Below, in pieces: positions 59,539-64,000 of a stretch of 64,000 nt of DNA. The notes below the pieces were generated by a model that made no database searches, had not been told where the DNA came from, and was given only the letters and a program-made list of their open reading frames with translations. Origin of the DNA: Nostoc sp. TH1S01 (GTDB taxonomy: Bacteria > Cyanobacteriota > Cyanobacteriia > Cyanobacteriales > Nostocaceae); contig JAGKSW010000002.1 of the NCBI GenBank assembly GCA_018993265.1, forward strand, positions 20,609-84,608, given 5' to 3'. Numbering within the stretch: position 1 is the stretch's first letter; the number at the start of each line of letters is the position of its first letter. Both the position numbers and the translations under genes were made by a program.

Positions 59539-60903
59539 TTACACCAAAGGCAAAAGTATTTTAAATTCTGAACCTACTCCAACCTGGGAACGGAAATCTA
59601 ATTTACCGCCATGTCTGGCGGTAATAATTTGGTAACTAACTCCTAAACTAGTTTCTACATCAGCCCGTTTCTCAGTAGAAAAAGAATCTAGAATTTGTTT
59701 TTGAGCTTCTTGTGACATTCCCGGACTATTATCAACTATGCTAATACAAACCCAACGGGAATCAGGGGCATTTGATTGGGTTGGTGCTTGGGAAACAACA
59801 GCTGTAGTAATCACAATTTGGGGCTGGTTTTTATCAGAGGAACATTCTTGTTGAAATTGCTGTCGCACTGCTTCATTTAATAAAGCATCCACAGTATGAC
59901 TAAAAATATTCATTAATACTTGGTGTAGTTGTCCCATAAAGCAAGAAATAGGTGGAATTTTGCCATATTTCTTGACAATTTCAATTTCGCCTTTTAAACG
60001 GCTTTTCAAGAGGATAACAATCCCATCTATACAAGCATTAATGTCTACTGGTTTGGGATAAATTTCATCAATATGGCAAAAATTTTGTAAACTGGTGACG
60101 AGTTTTTTTAATCTTTCTGCCCCCGTATGGGCGCTGGCGAGAGCTTTGGATAAGTCTTCTTCTAAAAAATCAAATTCAATTTCTTCTTTGAGATAATTAA
60201 TTGCGGCTGAACCTTCGGGTAAATCTTTGGCGTAAGCAGCTATCAGCTTGAGTAAGTCTTGACTATATTTTGAGATGTAAGTTAAATTACCCCAAATAAA
60301 ACCTACGGGGTCTAAAATTTCATGGGCTACGCCATCAACTAAACGCCCTAAACGTGCCATTTTATCATTTTGAATCATTTGGGCTTGGCTACGTTCGTAG
60401 CGTACCTGAGTTTCAATTCCGCGAATTTGCCAAGCAGCTAGATTCAAGTCATGGATATCTAATAATTTGTAAGTATTTGTTTCTGTTTGGACAACAATAG
60501 GTTCAGCAAAAAGTTCGGGCGATCGCTTGAGTGTATGCTGCATTGCTGCTAAGATTGTCGTCGTTTCTGGTAGCAGTAAAATTTCTGTGCGTGCATAGCT
60601 GTAAAGCTCATATAAATTAGCTTTAGCGAATAACTCTTGCCCGAAAGGACGAATGAAAAATTCTAGGATGCGTCGCCGAGAAATCATCCCCAAGAATTTT
60701 CCCTGTTCTAGTAAAACTACTCCTGGTAATCGCGGGTATTGTTCTAAATAATTGGCTACTTCAGTACATGTACAACTACTATCTATAGCAAAGTCGTACA
60801 TTGGTAGTTTTTGGAGATTGGACTCTAAACTGAGGTAGTGATCGCTGGCAATAGACAAAACGGGTGGTGATATTAAAGAAGTTAATTCTGGTGACACTGG
60901 CAA
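59539..60903 (-). CDS. Histidine kinase-like protein with a CBS-like N-terminus and degenerate ATP-binding boxes
   Basis: LGRLVDGVAHEILDP H-box; HATPase-like C-terminus. Confidence 0.8.
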   Translation of the reverse strand: MPVSPELTSLISPPVLSIASDHYLSLESNLQKLPMYDFAIDSSCTCTEVANYLEQYPRLPGVVLLEQGKFLGMISRRRILEFFIRPFGQELFAKANLYELYSYARTEILLLPETTTILAAMQHTLKRSPELFAEPIVVQTETNTYKLLDIHDLNLAAWQIRGIETQVRYERSQAQMIQNDKMARLGRLVDGVAHEILDPVGFIWGNLTYISKYSQDLLKLIAAYAKDLPEGSAAINYLKEEIEFDFLEEDLSKALASAHTGAERLKKLVTSLQNFCHIDEIYPKPVDINACIDGIVILLKSRLKGEIEIVKKYGKIPPISCFMGQLHQVLMNIFSHTVDALLNEAVRQQFQQECSSDKNQPQIVITTAVVSQAPTQSNAPDSRWVCISIVDNSPGMSQEAQKQILDSFSTEKRADVETSLGVSYQIITARHGGKLDFRSQVGVGSEFKILLPLV

Positions 60904-61718
60904 CCCTGATATATATAAGTTTTAATGAGTAATTAATAAGCAAAAAACATTGATATTTTAAAATCTACACAGTAATTCTTGGGCAATAAACATAACCTTA
61001 TGGGGCAAGTTAAACATAGCGAAAACTTTGATAAATAGCCAATTAGCAACACTCATTTATTAGCTTTATTGTTATAGACAGACTTAAATATTTATTTTAT
61101 TAACAGATGAATAATTTCAACAACTTTATTCATCAAAATATTAACTAATGATAACAAAATTTAGAATTTGCCAGATTTTAGCTAACTGTAGCCGTGAAAA
61201 TACTTGGAGTCTTGTGGATAATTCATGGTCTACATAATATTTACTAAAATTATTCCATATTGGTATTGCAGTTTGCTATTTTTTGTAGTAAAAATCAACC
61301 ACAGCTTATTTTAAATTGACCAAAAATAAGTTAAAACACGGATATCAGTAACTGAAAGTGATCCCCAAATGTTTAAAGACTGTGAATACTTATGAAAATG
61401 CGTGGAAGATAACACACTAATCAGCTAATCAACAGTAAGTATAAACATTAGGTAATTAAACGTCACCTAGTTCTATACTCATCAACCGATAATTCGGAAC
61501 TATTTCGGAAATCAGACAATCTCAAAAACAGCAATCATCAGTAAATGCACTCATGTAAAATGACTATACTAAAACTCTCAAGGCGCTAGTTGGCGCTTAA
61601 GCAAGACTACGAATTAAGCATAGTCTGGTTGTGTCAATGATGTTTAATTATCCGTACATGATTTTGATCCCCATTTCGATAGAATGACTAGACATAACCT
61701 CAAAACTTTCAACCGCTT

Positions 61719-62789
61719 TTGACTGCGACACCCATGAATCAACTGAACAATGGTTTCACAATATTTCTGAGTCTGCTAGTCGAAGCGATGCCATTTTTGC
61801 TCCTAGGGGTTTTATTCTCTAGTTTGCTGCTGTTTTTTGTTGATGAGCGCAAATTAGTGGAAAAAATGCCCAAGAATCCGCTATTGGGCGCTTTAGTTGG
61901 CAGTATGGTGGGTTTTTTATTTCCGGTGTGTGAGTGTGGCAATGTGCCAGTAGCGCGGCGCTTGCTGATTCAGGGCGTACCCACACCTGTAGCAATTGGT
62001 TTTTTACTAGCAGCGCCAACGATTAATCCCATTGTGATTTGGGCAACTTGGACGGCTTTTCGCGATCAGCCAGAAATAGTAGTTTTACGGGTAGTATTTT
62101 CTCTATTAATTGCCACAATTGTTGGCTTTGTCTTTAGTTTTCAAAAGGACTTGAATCCTATAGTCCAACCTGCGATCGCCCGTTATATGAAGTTTAATCC
62201 CCCAGCCAAAGTAGAAACCCAACGTCGGGGCAAACGTTACCAACTTCCCCCAGAACCAACAACACCAAACTTGTTGCAATCAGGGACATATATTTTAGGC
62301 GGGAAAGCAGGTATGCCCACACGGATGGATGGAAGCGTATCACCAGCCGATGACCCACTTGCTAGCCCGAATAAACCCTTGGCTGCGAAACTACGGCTGT
62401 TGATGGATAACAGTATCCAAGAATTGCGAGAACTGGGCGCAGTCATGGTTATCGGCAGTGCGATCGCAGCTGCTATCCAAGTCTTTGCACCCCGTGATTT
62501 AATCCTTAGCCTCGGTGCTGGCCCGGTTAGTTCCATTATCGTGATGCTAATTTTGGCAGCCGTTGTCTCAATTTGTTCGACAGTCGATTCCTTCTTTGCC
62601 CTGTCCTTTGCATCAGCATTTAGTAGCGGTTCTTTGCTGGCATTTCTGGTCTTTGGGCCAATGATCGACATCAAAAGCGTTGGGTTAATGTTATCCATGT
62701 TTAAGCCGAGAGCAATTTTCTACCTCTTTGCCCTAGCTGGACAATTGACATTCTTATTCACGCTGTTTATTAACTTGCATGTTTTGTAA
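61719..62789 (+). CDS. DUF318/UPF0718 permease
   Basis: FPVCECG, FLLAAPTINP and SICSTVDSF. Confidence 0.9.
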   Translation: MTATPMNQLNNGFTIFLSLLVEAMPFLLLGVLFSSLLLFFVDERKLVEKMPKNPLLGALVGSMVGFLFPVCECGNVPVARRLLIQGVPTPVAIGFLLAAPTINPIVIWATWTAFRDQPEIVVLRVVFSLLIATIVGFVFSFQKDLNPIVQPAIARYMKFNPPAKVETQRRGKRYQLPPEPTTPNLLQSGTYILGGKAGMPTRMDGSVSPADDPLASPNKPLAAKLRLLMDNSIQELRELGAVMVIGSAIAAAIQVFAPRDLILSLGAGPVSSIIVMLILAAVVSICSTVDSFFALSFASAFSSGSLLAFLVFGPMIDIKSVGLMLSMFKPRAIFYLFALAGQLTFLFTLFINLHVL

Positions 62790-62846
62790 ATTAGTCCTTT
62801 GTCATCAGTCATTTGTGGATGACAAAGGACAAAGGACAAATGAACA

Positions 62847-63608
62847 ATGACACCTAAACCTAAACGCCTGAATTTATTACTCCCTTGGCTAGATGTGTTA
62901 GCAATTACAGCTTGGGGAATTTTGATGTTGAAATATTGGCTGACTGGCAAGCTGAACTTGTTGATTCATCCGAACTATTTTGGTTTGGTGGTAGTGGCTG
63001 GTATTGGCTTAATTATTGTTGGCTTATTCAAAATACAAGAACTTTGGCAACGTCGTCGCCGCGATATTTTGCCAAATGTGCAGCACATGACTTTATTTCC
63101 TCCTGGCTGGGGTAGTGCGTTGCTGTTAACGGCGGCCATTTTAGGTTTCATCATTACACCGCAAGTTTTTGCCAGCGACAAAGCCCTCAACCGTGGAGTC
63201 AGTGATTTACTCGGCACATCACGCATCAAACCCCAAGCCTTCCGCGCTTCGGTTCGCCCAGAGGAGCGATCGCTAGTAGACTGGGTAAGAACTCTCAACG
63301 TTTATCCCGAACCAGACGCATACACAGGACAAAAAGCTAAAGTCCAAGGCTTTGTTATCCGTCCCCCAGATTTAAGCAAAGAATATGTATTTCTCGCCCG
63401 ATTTGTTCTCTCATGCTGTGCGGCGGATGCTTACCCAGTCGGCTTACCCGTGAAATTACCAGCAAATCCAGAACAATACGCCCCTGATACTTGGTTAGAA
63501 GTCGAAGGACAAATGGCTACAGACAACCTCAACGGAAAACGCCAACTCACCATTGTGGCTAACTCTGCCAAAAAGATTCCTCAACCCCAAAATCCCTATA
63601 GTTATTAG
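62847..63608 (+). CDS. TIGR03943 (YcgQ-like) membrane protein
   Basis: LLIHPNY and ARFVLSCCAADAYPVGL; follows the DUF318 permease. Confidence 0.9.
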   Translation: MTPKPKRLNLLLPWLDVLAITAWGILMLKYWLTGKLNLLIHPNYFGLVVVAGIGLIIVGLFKIQELWQRRRRDILPNVQHMTLFPPGWGSALLLTAAILGFIITPQVFASDKALNRGVSDLLGTSRIKPQAFRASVRPEERSLVDWVRTLNVYPEPDAYTGQKAKVQGFVIRPPDLSKEYVFLARFVLSCCAADAYPVGLPVKLPANPEQYAPDTWLEVEGQMATDNLNGKRQLTIVANSAKKIPQPQNPYSY

Positions 63609-63890
63609 TCATTTGTCATTTGTCATTTGTCATTTGTTAATGACCCAGGACTTACGCAAAATCATAAAAAAACGAACCGCAAAGGGCGCATAGACGCGAT
63701 AGCGGTGAAGCAGTGCGTTGGGCGGGTTCCCCGACTTGAAGCAACTGCTGAACCCGAAGGGCTTCCCGTAGGGTAGGACACGAAGTTAAGAGGATTTGAG
63801 AGGGTTCTTGCGTAAGTCCAATGACCAATGACTAATGACAAATGACCCTTGACCAATGACCATTGACAAATGACCCTTGACCAATGACTA
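63606..63890. repeat. STRR (TCATTTG / TGACCAA) arrays interrupted by a nested miniature element at 63648-63819
   Basis: Tandem heptamers on both sides of GGACTTACGCA...TGCGTAAGTCC. Confidence 0.85.
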
Positions 63891-64000
63891 GCAAAACCCT
63901 TATCCAACCACTAGACCGTGTAGCGATCGCCTTGATGCTGCTGCTGAGTTTGCTGATTGGCTTTATTATCTTTCAAGGTGATGTTGTTTCACCCCGCGTC
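63884..64000 (+). CDS. Hypothetical membrane-anchored protein (5' partial, runs off the right edge)
   Basis: ATG at 63884: MTSKTLIQPLDRVAIALMLLLSLLIGFIIFQGDVVSPRV, open to the end of the window. Confidence 0.7.
   Translation, partial: MTSKTLIQPLDRVAIALMLLLSLLIGFIIFQGDVVSPRV

Noticed and set aside
63662-63907. 81-aa minus-strand ORF
   Set aside because: It is composed of STRR and nested repeat sequence.

Overview
This ~64 kb window comes from a heterocyst-forming (Nostocales-type) cyanobacterium. The assignment rests on very frequent HIP1 (GCGATCGC) sites, heptamer STRR repeats, GTAG-footed REP/SDR elements and a patD-like gene. Housekeeping genes (ftsI partial, ftsL-like, glgB, iscS-like, serA, prmA, aroC, relA/spoT, rluE-like, TPP riboswitch-thiC) alternate with accessory blocks. 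The top candidate system is at 3958-6646. A small Bell/HeLo-like helical protein ends in a Q/G/N-rich motif, and the same motif opens the adjacent nSTAND1 NLR-like ATPase (with a TM helix and pentapeptide repeats). This is the architecture of amyloid-signalling effector/receptor pairs, and a convergent subtilase with an internal RBS lies next to it. Other accessory blocks: (1) a papain-fold toxin/immunity-like pair bracketed by 41-bp HIP1-ended direct repeats; (2) a RAYT with REPs; (3) an orphan eCIS-type AAA ATPase plus DUF4157 protein; (4) a methyl/glycosyltransferase cluster whose neighbouring proteins share a ~105-aa domain; (5) a tnpB-only IS200/IS605 element; (6) a fused PstI/BsuBI-type R-M gene next to a reverse-order YoeB/YefM pair; (7) an exported caspase-DUF2808 fusion; (8) a 102-bp TA-duplicating MITE, one copy of which interrupts a gene. 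I saw no rRNA, tRNA or CRISPR array. All family calls are by eye from motifs; no database searches were run.
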